From positions 864,001 through 928,000 of the forward strand of contig CAWJQQ010000009.1 in the NCBI GenBank assembly GCA_963845065.1: a stretch of 64,000 nucleotides of DNA, read 5' to 3'. Below, one piece after another: positions 1 to 10,717 of this stretch (the stretch's first letter is position 1; every line of letters begins with the position of its first letter). A program made the translations under genes and the position numbers. This DNA is from Nitrospirota bacterium. GTDB lineage: Bacteria; Nitrospirota; UBA9217. The notes under the pieces were generated by a model. That model ran no database searches and was not told the origin of the DNA. It saw nothing but the letters and a program-made list of their open reading frames with translations.

Positions 1-729
1 CTTCGATTGATGGACTTCGACCTTTTCGAGGATTCGCACAAGAAACGACAGGAATTCATCAAATCTTTATTCAGAGATATTTGTGAGGTCGACGAGATGC
101 CTGAAAGCTTTCCTAAGATTGTAGATCTCCTCAGGAAGGAGAATCTTCTTGAAGAGCGTACTCGCAAGAACTCAAGTGATCTAGAAATGGACGATGTTAC
201 GAGAGGATCGATCACCTTTCCCGCATCACGGCCCGTTTCACTACAGAGCATGGCGAGGGGAGAGACTGGAGGAATGCTTCTTCTTGCCTATTCCAATATG
301 CGGGGCTATGGGAATGTTCATCCCACGGTCGGAGAACTCAGAGTGGGCTTCATGCCTGTAAAAATTCTGCATCCTTATACCAGAGAAGCTTACGCCGTCG
401 GCGAGATCAAGGTTACGGAGGCGGAGGTCATTTCCCAGTCCAAAACATCGGAAGGGACACCGAAATTTACACTCGGCTATGGTCTCTGCTTCGGTCACAA
501 CGAAGTGAAGGCGATTTCCATGGCTGTGCTCGATCGGGCGACACAGGCCGATGAAGCAAAAGCGCCATCGGAGGATCAGGAATTTGTCCTCAGTCACATT
601 GATGGTATCGAATCCATGGGGTTCTGTAATCACTTCAAGCTTCCGCATTATGTGACGTTCCAATCTTCCCTTGATCGGCTCAGAAAGACTCAGGAGGTAT
701 GGGATGAACCTGAAGCAGTGGTTGAATAA
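1..729 (+). CDS. phnI: C-P lyase subunit PhnI, 5'-partial
   Basis: Motifs GYGNVHPTVGELRVG, GYGLCFGHNEVKAISMAVLD and HFKLPHYVTFQS; directly upstream of phnJ; frame is open to the window edge. Confidence 0.95.
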   Translation, partial: LRLMDFDLFEDSHKKRQEFIKSLFRDICEVDEMPESFPKIVDLLRKENLLEERTRKNSSDLEMDDVTRGSITFPASRPVSLQSMARGETGGMLLLAYSNMRGYGNVHPTVGELRVGFMPVKILHPYTREAYAVGEIKVTEAEVISQSKTSEGTPKFTLGYGLCFGHNEVKAISMAVLDRATQADEAKAPSEDQEFVLSHIDGIESMGFCNHFKLPHYVTFQSSLDRLRKTQEVWDEPEAVVE

Positions 730-1591
730 TGAATCCCACACTGTTCGGTTGACTGCCAAATACAGCTTCGCGTTCCTCGATGAAGGAACGAAGCGCGAGA
801 TTCGCCGCAAGATATTGAAAGCCATAGCAATCCCTGGGTATCAGGTACCTTTCGGCTCCCGGGAAATGCCGATTGCCCGGGGATGGGGAACAGGTGGCTT
901 ACAGATCACGCTTTCGATCATAGGCCCCTGCGACATCCTGAAGGTAATAGACCAGGGGTCTGATGACAGTGTCAATGCCGTGAATATTGGCAGGTTCGTG
1001 AACAGGGTTACGGGCGTCAACCTTACGACCAATACGGCAGAAGCTAGTATTATCCAGACAAGACATCGGATCCCCGAGGAGCCCTTGGGCGAAGAACAAG
1101 TGCTGGTGCTCCAGGTTCCGATCCCTGAAGTGCTCCGGACCATTGAACCTTCGGAAATAGAGACGCGGCGTATGCATGCAGAGGCAGATTATAGCGCGAT
1201 GTGGTTGTATCTCTATGAAGATGTCATTAAGTACCGCGAGATCAGCATCGGTTCACGGTATCCCGTGACCGTCAACCACCGTTACATCATGGATCCGAGC
1301 CCTATTCCGCGCTGGGATATTCCTAAGTTGCATATGGCAAGCAACCTTTTCATCTTTTGCGCAGGCAGAGAAAAGAGAATCTATACAATTCCGCCCTATA
1401 CCGAAGTGCGGCCACTCGAGTTTGAGGATCATAAGTTTCGAGTAGAGGATTTCAAGGGCGCTGCCTGTTCCCGGTGTGGCAGCACTAATACGTTCCTCGA
1501 CGAAATAGTAGAAGACGAAAGCGGTGTGCGGACCTTTTCCTGTTCCGACACGGCATACTGTGCCAAAGTCGTGGAGAAGAATCGAGATTAA
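704..1591 (+). CDS. phnJ: Radical SAM C-P lyase PhnJ
   Basis: YSFAFLDEGTKREIRR, GWGTGG, CSRCGS...CSDTAYC; SD AGGAGGT before ATG 704. Confidence 0.97.
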   Translation: MNLKQWLNNESHTVRLTAKYSFAFLDEGTKREIRRKILKAIAIPGYQVPFGSREMPIARGWGTGGLQITLSIIGPCDILKVIDQGSDDSVNAVNIGRFVNRVTGVNLTTNTAEASIIQTRHRIPEEPLGEEQVLVLQVPIPEVLRTIEPSEIETRRMHAEADYSAMWLYLYEDVIKYREISIGSRYPVTVNHRYIMDPSPIPRWDIPKLHMASNLFIFCAGREKRIYTIPPYTEVRPLEFEDHKFRVEDFKGAACSRCGSTNTFLDEIVEDESGVRTFSCSDTAYCAKVVEKNRD

Positions 1592-1592
1592 C

Positions 1593-2459
1593 ATGAAGCC
1601 ACTGCTAACAGTCAAAAACCTCACCAAAATGTATGGGACGGGCTGTTTGGACTGCATGGACCGTGCTGACCTGCAGGAAGATTCTAACATCTGTCCAGAC
1701 TGCGGGACCGTGTTTGCCTGCAGCAACCTTTCCTTCGACCTGTTCCCGGGGGAGGTACTCGGCGTTGTGGGTGAAAGCGGTTCAGGCAAAAGCACGCTCG
1801 TAAAACTGCTAAATTTTGACATGGCACCATCATGGGGCGAGATGTACATACATATGAACGGCAGAGATGATGCGCCGACTTTTTCGGCCTTCTCGGTCAA
1901 TGACAACAACCTTTTCTCGTTTAGTTCCTACCAGAAGCGACAGCTAAAGAATTCTCTCTGGGGTATCGTTTACCAGAGTCCTCACCTGGGGCTCAAGATG
2001 AATATCAGCGCAGGCGGCAATATCGCCGAGCGTTTGCTCATGGCGGGCTGGAGACACGTAGGAAAGATACGCGAACGGGCGTCATTGCTTCTGGAAAAGA
2101 CGGAGGTTCCTGTATCCCGAATGGACGAACCACCGAAGAATTTTAGCGGTGGCATGCAGCAGCGCGTCCAGATCGCACGGGCATTGTCGAACGAGCCAGT
2201 TCTGCTCCTGCTCGATGAAGTAACGACCGGTCTGGACGTTTCAGTCCAGGCGCGGGTACTCGATCTCATACGGAGCCTGCACCGGGAGCTCGGTGTGTCG
2301 ATGATAGTGGTTTCTCATGATTTGTCTGTAATTCGCCTGCTGACCACGAGGACATTGGTCATTCAGCATGGTAGGATCGTTGAGTCGGGGCTGACGGATC
2401 AGGTGCTGGAAGACCCCCAGCATCCCTATACGCAGTTGCTGGTTAGTTCTGCATTATAG
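1593..2459 (+). CDS. phnK: C-P lyase ABC-type ATPase PhnK
   Basis: Walker A GESGSGKS, FSGGMQQR, SAGGNIAERL, C-terminal EDPQHPYTQLLVSS. Confidence 0.93.
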   Translation: MKPLLTVKNLTKMYGTGCLDCMDRADLQEDSNICPDCGTVFACSNLSFDLFPGEVLGVVGESGSGKSTLVKLLNFDMAPSWGEMYIHMNGRDDAPTFSAFSVNDNNLFSFSSYQKRQLKNSLWGIVYQSPHLGLKMNISAGGNIAERLLMAGWRHVGKIRERASLLLEKTEVPVSRMDEPPKNFSGGMQQRVQIARALSNEPVLLLLDEVTTGLDVSVQARVLDLIRSLHRELGVSMIVVSHDLSVIRLLTTRTLVIQHGRIVESGLTDQVLEDPQHPYTQLLVSSAL

Positions 2460-2653
2460 AAAAAGAAAGCCATAAGTCGCATCAAACAATAAAAGCTGGT
2501 TCTTTCGCAAGCATGTGCTTCTGAGCGAACTAATTCGAGCGCTTAGTCGAACGATGAAGAGATGAATGATAAAAGCAAGCTTTGCTTTAGGTTGGTCGCG
2601 ATGCAGGTTCGTTGTTCCAGAAATCCTGAACAATTGCACAAGGAATTTGAAAC

Positions 2654-3340
2654 ATGCTGAAACTGGAAAATTTATCAAAATCATTCATTGTGCATACGCT
2701 GGCTGGGAAAGTCATTAACGGATGTGAGCGGGTTACATTTAACGTCGGCCCAGGGGAACTGCTGGGGCTTGCCGGACCGAGCGGTTCGGGTAAGACCTCC
2801 ATCTTGAAATGCATCTATCGAACGTATATACCTACCTCCGGCACTATCAACTATTCGTCGAAAGAATTCGGCCCTGTTGATCTAGCACAAGCTTCGGAAC
2901 ACACTATTGTCCGTCTAAGGTCACGCGAGATAGGCTACGTGACTCAATTCCTGAAAGTGTTGCCGCGCGTGCCTGCTGTGGATGTTGTGGCAGAACCATT
3001 ACTGTGGAGGGGCGTCCCTCTTGATGAGGCCAGAAAAAGTGCAATCGATATGCTCGATCGCCTCCGCATTCCGGGCGCACTCTTCGACGCCTGCCCGGGA
3101 ACGTTCAGCGGCGGTGAACAGCAGAGGGTCAATGTGGCGCGCGCAGTGATCGCGAAGCCCCGGCTCCTTCTCCTCGACGAACCGACAGCTTCACTAGACC
3201 GGCATTCTGTCAGCAACATCGTGGATATTCTTCGCGATCTCAAAAAAGTAGGTTGTACGATGATCGGGATTTTCCATGACAGGGATCTTATGGATTCCGT
3301 TGCGGACAGGATTTATGAAATGTCATCAATTGCGGTGTAA
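2654..3340 (+). CDS. phnL: C-P lyase ABC-type ATPase PhnL
   Basis: GPSGSGKT, IGYVTQFLKVLPRV, TFSGGEQQRVN, IGIFHD. Confidence 0.93.
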   Translation: MLKLENLSKSFIVHTLAGKVINGCERVTFNVGPGELLGLAGPSGSGKTSILKCIYRTYIPTSGTINYSSKEFGPVDLAQASEHTIVRLRSREIGYVTQFLKVLPRVPAVDVVAEPLLWRGVPLDEARKSAIDMLDRLRIPGALFDACPGTFSGGEQQRVNVARAVIAKPRLLLLDEPTASLDRHSVSNIVDILRDLKKVGCTMIGIFHDRDLMDSVADRIYEMSSIAV

Positions 3341-3342
3341 CC

Positions 3343-4521
3343 ATGACTGAAAAAAACCGAAATTTCGTCATAGACAGGGCGCGGATCGTGACACCGACTA
3401 GCGTGATCGAGGGGGAATCCCTTCTAGTGGAGGATGGTTATATCGCGGGAATCGGCACCGTGTCTCCATCACGCAATTTCAAGAGAATTGATGCACAGGG
3501 TTTGTATCTGCTGCCAGGCTTGATCGACCTGCACAGCGATGCTCTGGAACACATGATAGAACCGAGACCCCGCGCCGTATTTCCCTTTCCGCTTTCTATT
3601 TTTGAAATCGACAAACTTATCTGTTCCTGCGGCATCACGACCATGTACCACTGCGTGGCCTTTGTGGACAGTGATGCGCGCAACCGTGAACTCCGGAAGA
3701 GCGATCAGGCGGCCACCATGACAAGAGAAATCAACAGTCTTGCCGCATCCCTTCGGGCGCGGAACAGGGTGCATGGCAGGTACGATATCGTGAGTTCTGG
3801 TTCCCTTGATCTCATCAAAAGACTTGTTCAGGAGCGCCAGATCCATTTTCTGTCACTCATGGACCATACGCCGGGGCAGGGACAATTCAGTGACATTATG
3901 TCTTATAAAGAGCTGAACCGAGTATCCTATGGTGTGGACGACCATTCTATTGAACAAATGATATATAGCCATGCAAGCAGAGGGGTCGCATGTGAGGAGT
4001 CAGCAGTGGAGGAACTGCTCAGCCTATGCAAGTCACGACGCTTATCGGTGGCGTCCCATGATGACGATTCTCAGGAGAAGGTCTCGTGGGCAAAGCAGAG
4101 AGGCGTATCTGTGTCCGAGTTTCCAGTTAGCAGGGAGGCGGTCGAAGCCGCTATCAGGGAAGGCATCGCTGTCGGTTTCGGCGCGCCCAATATCGTGCGA
4201 GGCGGTTCGTGGTCGAACAACATCAGCGCTCGGGAGATGCTCTCCCTCGGGTACGGCGACATTCTGCTTTCGGATTATGTCCCCCATGCGTTGCTCCATG
4301 CGGTTTTCCTGATCAAAGAGCTCGGATTACGCTCCCTCCCTGATGCGGTAAACATGGCGACCCTAAACCCCGCGCGTTTTGCTGGAGTCCATGCGTTGAC
4401 GGGATCCATCGAGTATGGCAAGGAAGCCGACTTGGTCCTAGTAGAGACGCGCGGCGAGGTCCCGCAAATAGTGAAAACGTTTGTGGCAGGCAAGGAGGTA
4501 TTTTCAACGTGCAGGAATTAG
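3343..4521 (+). CDS. phnM: Ribose 1-methylphosphonate 5-triphosphate diphosphatase PhnM
   Basis: PGLIDLHSD, SLMDHTPGQGQF, ASHDD, SEFP, GAPNIVRGGS, SDY. Confidence 0.95.
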   Translation: MTEKNRNFVIDRARIVTPTSVIEGESLLVEDGYIAGIGTVSPSRNFKRIDAQGLYLLPGLIDLHSDALEHMIEPRPRAVFPFPLSIFEIDKLICSCGITTMYHCVAFVDSDARNRELRKSDQAATMTREINSLAASLRARNRVHGRYDIVSSGSLDLIKRLVQERQIHFLSLMDHTPGQGQFSDIMSYKELNRVSYGVDDHSIEQMIYSHASRGVACEESAVEELLSLCKSRRLSVASHDDDSQEKVSWAKQRGVSVSEFPVSREAVEAAIREGIAVGFGAPNIVRGGSWSNNISAREMLSLGYGDILLSDYVPHALLHAVFLIKELGLRSLPDAVNMATLNPARFAGVHALTGSIEYGKEADLVLVETRGEVPQIVKTFVAGKEVFSTCRN

Positions 4522-5468
4522 GAGCGAAAATAGACGAAACAATGATCGACCGGAGTCTGCCCAGACTGAAGACAGGCCTTGACGTCCTCCGGGAGCACGA
4601 ATTTCTCGCCGTGGAATTGCCTGTTCACGGACTCGACGCAATAAGGAACGGTAAGCTCGATTATGCCCAGGTCATGCATGTGAGGGAACTTCTTTCAGAA
4701 TATGATTTCCATTACAGCGTGCACTCGCCGGACCCTGTTAATCTCATGGACCAGAACGAGCTTGATCTGCATGTCGCGGTCTTGAAAGCCTCGATAGAAT
4801 TCGCCCTCCTCATCAATGCGACCGTCTTGGTGTACCATCCCGGACGATACATATCCGAAGAACTGTTCATGCTCTATGAAAAACACAACATTTCATCAGA
4901 TGAAAAAAGAAAATTACTCGACAAAGAAGCGTTATTGTTGCAGCGCATCGCGGATGAGTATCCAGAGATGACGATCTGCATGGAAAATTCGCGTCCCTAC
5001 CTTTTCCATTCACCATACTGTTACGCGGAACGGCTAGGCCACCTTGCGGACCAGGTGGAACGCATTAATAGAAAGAACATCAAGATCAACCTCGATTTCG
5101 GACACCTCTACCTCTCATCGAAACACTATGGATTTGACGCGATAAAGGCAGTCAAAGATGTGAGATTGCATATCGGCCATACACACATCCATGACAATTT
5201 TGGAAAGGTCATTTTTCACCATGAAAAACAGCAGACGCGACTAGTCCCTTTCGGGAGAGGGGACTCTCACATGCCAGTCGGGTGGGGAGAAATCCCTTTT
5301 GAGAATATCCTTTCCACGTTCATCGACGGATACGAAGGCATGTTCATGATGGAGTTGCGGGGACGATATTTCGACAACCTTCCCGAATCGAGAGACAATT
5401 TGATGGCGATACTCGCCTCCATACCGCACAAGGCGGTGCAGGAGCGTACAATTACGTTTGGCACTTGA
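4509..5468 (+). CDS. Xylose isomerase/AP endonuclease 2-like TIM-barrel metalloenzyme
   Basis: [35 protein letters not shown]; overlaps the phnM stop. Confidence 0.85.
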   Translation: MQELGAKIDETMIDRSLPRLKTGLDVLREHEFLAVELPVHGLDAIRNGKLDYAQVMHVRELLSEYDFHYSVHSPDPVNLMDQNELDLHVAVLKASIEFALLINATVLVYHPGRYISEELFMLYEKHNISSDEKRKLLDKEALLLQRIADEYPEMTICMENSRPYLFHSPYCYAERLGHLADQVERINRKNIKINLDFGHLYLSSKHYGFDAIKAVKDVRLHIGHTHIHDNFGKVIFHHEKQQTRLVPFGRGDSHMPVGWGEIPFENILSTFIDGYEGMFMMELRGRYFDNLPESRDNLMAILASIPHKAVQERTITFGT

Positions 5469-5479
5469 TGGGAGAGAAT

Positions 5480-6142
5480 ATGCTTCAATACATATCCTTG
5501 TTTAGGACTGAACAGCATTTAGACGCGCCACAGCTAGGGGAACGGCCGAGCATCCATCCGACTGCTGTGGTCGTGAACTGCCATCTTGGAGCCTGGACCG
5601 CAATCGGGCCCCACTCGCATCTTGAAGAGACTCTATTCGATGATTACAGCTATACAGCCGACAATGCATCGATCATTTATGCTGAAATTGGGAAATTCGT
5701 GAACATCGCGTCGCATGTTCGTATCAACCCGGGGAACCATCCTATGGAGCGGGTGACATTACATCACTGCACTTACCGAAGGAAGAAGTATGGGTTTGCA
5801 GAAACCGATGACGAAACAATATTTTCCTGGAGACGGTTTCATGCATGCAGGATCGGCCATGACGTGTGGATAGGGCATGCCGCGACAATCATGCCGGGCG
5901 TTACAATAGGCGAGGGAGCGGTCGTGGGTTCAGGGGCAGTCGTTACGAAGGATGTCTCGCCTTACGAAATCGTAGCCGGAGTACCTGCCAGGATGATCAA
6001 AAAGAGATTCTCCGATGACGTAATAAAAAAGCTGTTGAACATAGCATGGTGGAACTGGGACCGGAAGATGCTGGAAGAGCGGTTTACGGATTTTTATGAT
6101 CTTAATAATTTTCTCGAAAAATATGCGGCCTATGAGGACTAA
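5480..6142 (+). CDS. Hexapeptide-repeat (CatB/Xat-like) acetyltransferase of the type seen in phn clusters
   Basis: [32 protein letters not shown]; alternative start at 5468. Confidence 0.88.
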   Translation: MLQYISLFRTEQHLDAPQLGERPSIHPTAVVVNCHLGAWTAIGPHSHLEETLFDDYSYTADNASIIYAEIGKFVNIASHVRINPGNHPMERVTLHHCTYRRKKYGFAETDDETIFSWRRFHACRIGHDVWIGHAATIMPGVTIGEGAVVGSGAVVTKDVSPYEIVAGVPARMIKKRFSDDVIKKLLNIAWWNWDRKMLEERFTDFYDLNNFLEKYAAYED

Positions 6143-6241
6143 GAAACAAAGCGTTAGAGGGGCAATCTCACTGACTGCCTGCGGCAAACTTGTCTGATTA
6201 GTACGACTCACTGGGCATAGGAAGACGCAAAGGAGATCATC

Positions 6242-6916
6242 ATGGACAAAGATAAAGATTGTGTCACGGCTCTCGCTACGGCGCATCAGGCATGGGACAG
6301 CCTCTGGGGCACGGAAGCGGGACGAAAAGACTGGATTGCTGTGGAACAGGACGTACGAGAACTTGAAAAGGAACTGGTCAACCTGAAAGTGTCCCGGGTT
6401 CTCGATCTCGGATGCGGAATCGGCCGACATTCGCTCTTTCTGGCGTCAAAAGGTTTTCAGGTATCCTCGATCGACGCCAGCAACAAGGCGGTAGATTTCA
6501 CACAACATGCCGCGAGAGAGGCAGGCCTTTCCATCGATGTCAGGCAGTCGCCCATGACTACGTTACCGTTTAAGGAACATTATTTTGATTATGTGCTCGC
6601 ATGGAATGTGATCTACCACGGAGATCCGACCACGGTGAGAATGGTTTTATCTGAAATAACCCGCGTTCTTCGGCCACGCGGCATATTCCAGGGGACAATG
6701 CTGACGAAGCGCAACGCTTTTTACGGCATGGGACGTAAAGTAGCGCCCAATACCTATGTCAACGACGAAGAAGATGAAAAGAAACACGCTCATTTTTATT
6801 GTAACGCAGAAGAACTCGTTGAATTGCTGCATGACTTTAAGATTCTCTCCTTGCGCCAGCAGAAGCAGCAGAAACCGGGGTCTTACCACTGGCATTATGT
6901 CGCCGGGAGGCTTTAA
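6242..6916 (+). CDS. Class I SAM-dependent methyltransferase
   Basis: VLDLGCGIGRH, FDYV, RVLRPRG; SD AGGAG. Confidence 0.9.
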   Translation: MDKDKDCVTALATAHQAWDSLWGTEAGRKDWIAVEQDVRELEKELVNLKVSRVLDLGCGIGRHSLFLASKGFQVSSIDASNKAVDFTQHAAREAGLSIDVRQSPMTTLPFKEHYFDYVLAWNVIYHGDPTTVRMVLSEITRVLRPRGIFQGTMLTKRNAFYGMGRKVAPNTYVNDEEDEKKHAHFYCNAEELVELLHDFKILSLRQQKQQKPGSYHWHYVAGRL

Positions 6917-6930
6917 GCACCGCAAATTAT

Positions 6931-6984
6931 GTAACAGAAATATAATGGAACGGTCATTTAATTTTAACAGGTCGGTACTACACT
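6931..6984 (+). promoter_or_regulatory. Pho-box promoter upstream of phnD
   Basis: 11-bp periodic half-sites GTAACA/ATAATG/GTCATT/TTAACA; CGGTCAT-TTAA-TTTTAAC-N10-TACACT matches E. coli Pho-box/-10 geometry. Confidence 0.7.
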
Positions 6985-7095
6985 GTCGTTATTACCGCGG
7001 CAATGGCAAAGGGAGGTGAAGGTTGCAGGAAATGGTCGATAGGGCTGACCGAGCCGAGTAGACTTTGGCAGCGGTTCGATAAAATGGGGCTTTAT

Positions 7096-7239
7096 AAAAT
7101 TGTCTGAAATACCCGGCAGCTCTGCTGCAAGGATAAAAAGGACGTCTTGACGAAATCAGAATACGCCTTCAGCTTCTTTGTTGTGCTTTTTAAAGATTTC
7201 AAACTAAGATGCTTCGCAGCTCTGCTGCGGGGTGATTCA
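7096..7239 (+). mobile_element. Degenerate copy of palindromic MITE family A (IS200/IS605-derived)
   Basis: Preceded by TTTAT, two gcagctctgctgc hairpins, ends TTCA; colinear with copies at 17560, 36320 and 38123. Confidence 0.8.
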
Positions 7240-7257
7240 CTTCACTATTAACTTTGA

Positions 7258-8184
7258 ATGGAGGAAAAAATGAAAAAGTGGTTTCTGGCTATCGGGCTGG
7301 TAGCGGTCCTGATGACAATTCTGACCGGGGCGCTTCAAGCCAAACAAAAAAACTTGGTGATGGGTCTCATTCCAGCTGAAGACCCCAAGGCAATGATCGA
7401 ACAAATCAAACCCATGAAGGCCTGGATGGAAAAAAAAATGGGGCGGCACATCGATCTCTTCACCGCCACTGACTACTCTGGCGTAATAGAGGCCATGCGG
7501 GTCAAGAAGGTGGATTTTGCCTGGTTCGGTCCCTTCTCTTACGTAATGGCCCATGATCGGGCGGGAGCCGATGCCTTTGCCGTGGGCATCGATTCCAAAG
7601 GCAAAAGCACTTACCAATCATACCTGGTGGCCACGCCAGAAACGGCCAAGAAACTAAGCATCTCTACCCCTTTAGTGGGAGAAGAGGGCATGAAAGTCAT
7701 AGCTCAAAAGCTGAATGAACACAAAAAGGAATTCACTTTTACTTTCACCGACACCGCTTCCACTTCCGGCTATGCCGTACCCAGGTATTTCATGTGGAAA
7801 GTCGGCATGGACCCGGAACAGGTGTTCCAGAAAGTGGGCTTCAGCGGTACTCATGACGCAGCCGAGCTCATGGTAAAAAACAAGGTGGTCGATATGTGTT
7901 CCGACAATGATATGACCAATCCCGCCATGGTCGCCGCGGGGAAGATCTCGCCCGAGACCAATATCATTATCTGGAGGTCTATCCCCCTTCCCGGTTCTCC
8001 TGTGGCCTATCGCCAGGATTTGTCGGAAAAGACCAAGGATGGTTTGAAAAAGGCGATCACATCACTCCCCAAAGAGGCCAATAAGGTCACGGCTTTTGGG
8101 AACATCACCGGCTGGCAGATAGTAAGTGACCGCGACTATACTCTTATTAAAAATGTCAAGAAAGTGATTGACGGACTGAACTAA
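7258..8184 (+). CDS. phnD: Phosphonate/phosphite ABC substrate-binding protein
   Basis: Signal peptide, DYSGVIEAM, ASTSGY, GTHD; start may be 7270 (SD GGAGG). Confidence 0.92.
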   Translation: MEEKMKKWFLAIGLVAVLMTILTGALQAKQKNLVMGLIPAEDPKAMIEQIKPMKAWMEKKMGRHIDLFTATDYSGVIEAMRVKKVDFAWFGPFSYVMAHDRAGADAFAVGIDSKGKSTYQSYLVATPETAKKLSISTPLVGEEGMKVIAQKLNEHKKEFTFTFTDTASTSGYAVPRYFMWKVGMDPEQVFQKVGFSGTHDAAELMVKNKVVDMCSDNDMTNPAMVAAGKISPETNIIIWRSIPLPGSPVAYRQDLSEKTKDGLKKAITSLPKEANKVTAFGNITGWQIVSDRDYTLIKNVKKVIDGLN

Positions 8185-8291
8185 GGGGCTCGGTGGCTGA
8201 GGGCAGGGTCTGCCCCGGATGGGCAACATCGGGCAACCTAAGAATTGGGGCGTCTGCCCTCAGCAGACGCCCAAGGGCCGAGGAGGATATG

Positions 8292-9062
8292 ATGATAAGA
8301 GTGGTAAATCTTAAGAAACACTTCAACGGCCATGAGGTTTTGTGCGGTATCAATTTGCGAGTGAGGAAAGGCGAGCCTGTGGCACTTATCGGCCCCAGCG
8401 GGTCCGGAAAAACCACCTTGATAAGGACGATCAACGGATTTGTGATTCCCGACTCAGGAACGATTTCGGTCGGCGGCCAGGTAATTACGTTTCGCAATCC
8501 GGAGTCTCTGCGCCAAAGCCGGAAGAAAATCGGCATGATCTATCAGCTTTTCAATTTGGTGGAACGCACCTCGGTCGAAGTAAATGTGATAGCGGGCGCC
8601 CTGGGGAGACTGGATAGGGGGATTTCATTGCTTTCTTCCACCCTTGGTTTCTTCAGCAAGAGGGAGAGGGAGAAAGCCAGAGAGCTTCTCAGTTTTGTGG
8701 GGCTGGAGGATAAGGCCAGGGAAAGAGTTGACCGGCTCAGCGGCGGCCAGAAACAGCGGGTCGCCATTGCCCGTGCCTTGATGCAGGAACCAGAGGTGCT
8801 CCTAGCGGATGAGCCCGTAGCCAACCTCGATCCTAAGGCCAGCAGAAAAATTATGGAACTTTTGCTTCAGATCAACCAGGAGAAAAAGATAACCCTTATT
8901 ACGGTTCTCCATCACTTGGACTACGTGCGGGACCATTTCGAACGGGTGATTGCCCTCAAAGAGGGTGCCATTTGCTTTGACGCTCACACCCGCAACCTCA
9001 ACGATTACCGCCTTCAGGATATTTATACGTTCGATGAGGAAATTGGATGCGCTACAGCGTAA
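8292..9062 (+). CDS. phnC: Phosphonate ABC ATP-binding protein
   Basis: GPSGSGKT, QLFNLV, LSGGQKQRV, ADEPVANLDP; SD GAGGAGG supports a start at 8289/8292. Confidence 0.92.
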   Translation: MIRVVNLKKHFNGHEVLCGINLRVRKGEPVALIGPSGSGKTTLIRTINGFVIPDSGTISVGGQVITFRNPESLRQSRKKIGMIYQLFNLVERTSVEVNVIAGALGRLDRGISLLSSTLGFFSKREREKARELLSFVGLEDKARERVDRLSGGQKQRVAIARALMQEPEVLLADEPVANLDPKASRKIMELLLQINQEKKITLITVLHHLDYVRDHFERVIALKEGAICFDAHTRNLNDYRLQDIYTFDEEIGCATA

Positions 9063-10603
9063 GCCGGCGACATCTGATCGGGGCTGGGAATCTGTTCTGG
9101 TGGTTCATCTTCCTGGTGATTCTGGTCTTCTCATTCAGAATATCGAAGGTAGATGTCGGGTCCCTCATCGGCGGACTATCCCAGTCGTTTGCATTAGGCA
9201 AGGAGATGGTGCCGCCGAATTTTTCGAGGTGGAGGCAGATATTGAGCCTGGCCGTGGAAACTGTGGCCATGGGCTTTTGGGGGACGGTGCTCGGGATGCT
9301 CTTTGCCCTGCCCCTGGGATTTCTGTCGGCCAGGAATACGGCCAAGAATCGGTTCTTATACCACCTCTCCAGGGGACTAGTGATCCTGCTGAGGTCTGTT
9401 CCGGATGTCATTTACGGATTCTTCTTCGTGACCGCATTCGGCCTCGGACCGCAGGCCGGGGTGGCGGCCTTAACCATGGCATCGGTAGGGCTTCTTGGAA
9501 AATTTTACTCTGAAGCGGTGGAAAGCATCGATGAAAAGCCGGTGGAAGCGCTAGCTGCCACGGGCAGCCGCGGCCTCAGCGTCATCCGCCATGCCGTTAT
9601 TCCCCAGGTGCTGCCGTTGTTTACAGGTTACAACCTTTACATGCTCGATCATAATATTCGGGTCGCTCTTGCCTTGGGGGTGGTAGGCGCCGGGGGTCTG
9701 GGTGTGGAGCTTTTTACCCAAATGCGCGCTTTTCATTATCAGAAGGCGGCCGCCATCCTGGTAATCATGTTGGTCATCATTACCATAATAGATCGGACTT
9801 CCGCGAGCATACGAAACAAAATCATTAAAGGCGGCTTCTGGCAGCCCCAGAGCCGCATCCAGGATACAGTACTGGTGATCGTCATAGGATTGTTCATCCT
9901 CATCTCCCTCTTTTCAATTCCGGTGTATCCTAAAGAACTGGTGGCCGGAGTACCGCGTATCTGGACATTGTTGAAAGGTATGGCACCACCCGATTTTTCC
10001 AGACTTTCGGTTTATATAAAATTAATGCTGGAAACCGTGGCCATGGGTATTAGTGGGACCTTTCTGGCGATTGTCCTGGGGGTCCCGCTGGGGTTGCTGG
10101 CGGCCCGGAATGTCACTCGTAATTCGATAATTTATAACGTGGCAAAGGAGCTTACCAACTTTTTCCGGGCAACGCCGGACCTCGTATTTGCCTTGATTTT
10201 CGTAGTAGCGGTCGGTTTGGGACCCTTTGCAGGGGTCTTGGCCCTCGGCCTGAACACAGCCGGATTTTTGGGAAAGTTTTACGCGGAGGCCATAGAAAAT
10301 ATCGACCCAAAACCGGTAGAGGCCGTGGAGGCTTCCGGGGCCAAGTTACTACATCGGATCGCTCACTCCATCTTCCCCCAAGTCCTGCCTCTTTTTAACA
10401 GCTATAACCTGTATATCCTGGATCGGAACATTCGGTATTCCACCATCATGGGCCTAGTAGGCGCAGGCGGCATCGGCTTCGAACTGGTTATGACTTCGAG
10501 AATGTTCGAATATCGCCAGATGGCTGCCATGCTTTTGATTATCCTGGCCACCATTATGCTGGTTGACTGGTTCTCTTCGTATTTAAGAAAGAAGGTAGTG
10601 TAG
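9047..10603 (+). CDS. phnE: Phosphonate ABC permease with two fused PhnE domains
   Basis: Duplicated ETVAMG...GLGP.AG...GKFY.EA.E.ID.KPVEA...PQVLP...LD.NIR...GAGG.G.EL. Confidence 0.92.
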   Translation: MRYSVSRRHLIGAGNLFWWFIFLVILVFSFRISKVDVGSLIGGLSQSFALGKEMVPPNFSRWRQILSLAVETVAMGFWGTVLGMLFALPLGFLSARNTAKNRFLYHLSRGLVILLRSVPDVIYGFFFVTAFGLGPQAGVAALTMASVGLLGKFYSEAVESIDEKPVEALAATGSRGLSVIRHAVIPQVLPLFTGYNLYMLDHNIRVALALGVVGAGGLGVELFTQMRAFHYQKAAAILVIMLVIITIIDRTSASIRNKIIKGGFWQPQSRIQDTVLVIVIGLFILISLFSIPVYPKELVAGVPRIWTLLKGMAPPDFSRLSVYIKLMLETVAMGISGTFLAIVLGVPLGLLAARNVTRNSIIYNVAKELTNFFRATPDLVFALIFVVAVGLGPFAGVLALGLNTAGFLGKFYAEAIENIDPKPVEAVEASGAKLLHRIAHSIFPQVLPLFNSYNLYILDRNIRYSTIMGLVGAGGIGFELVMTSRMFEYRQMAAMLLIILATIMLVDWFSSYLRKKVV

Positions 10604-10717
10604 TTATTGAGTTATGGGGTAGTAGACATTCAGATGGCGTTTCCAACAGTCGACGAAGGTTTCTATGTACCATCGGAGCTTGTAAATCTCATTGGTTTTA
10701 GGATCTAGCGGTTTTGA

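Noticed and set aside
241..825. Long antisense ORFs overlapping phn genes, and similar shadow ORFs elsewhere
   Set aside because: Shadow frames of well-supported genes on the opposite strand
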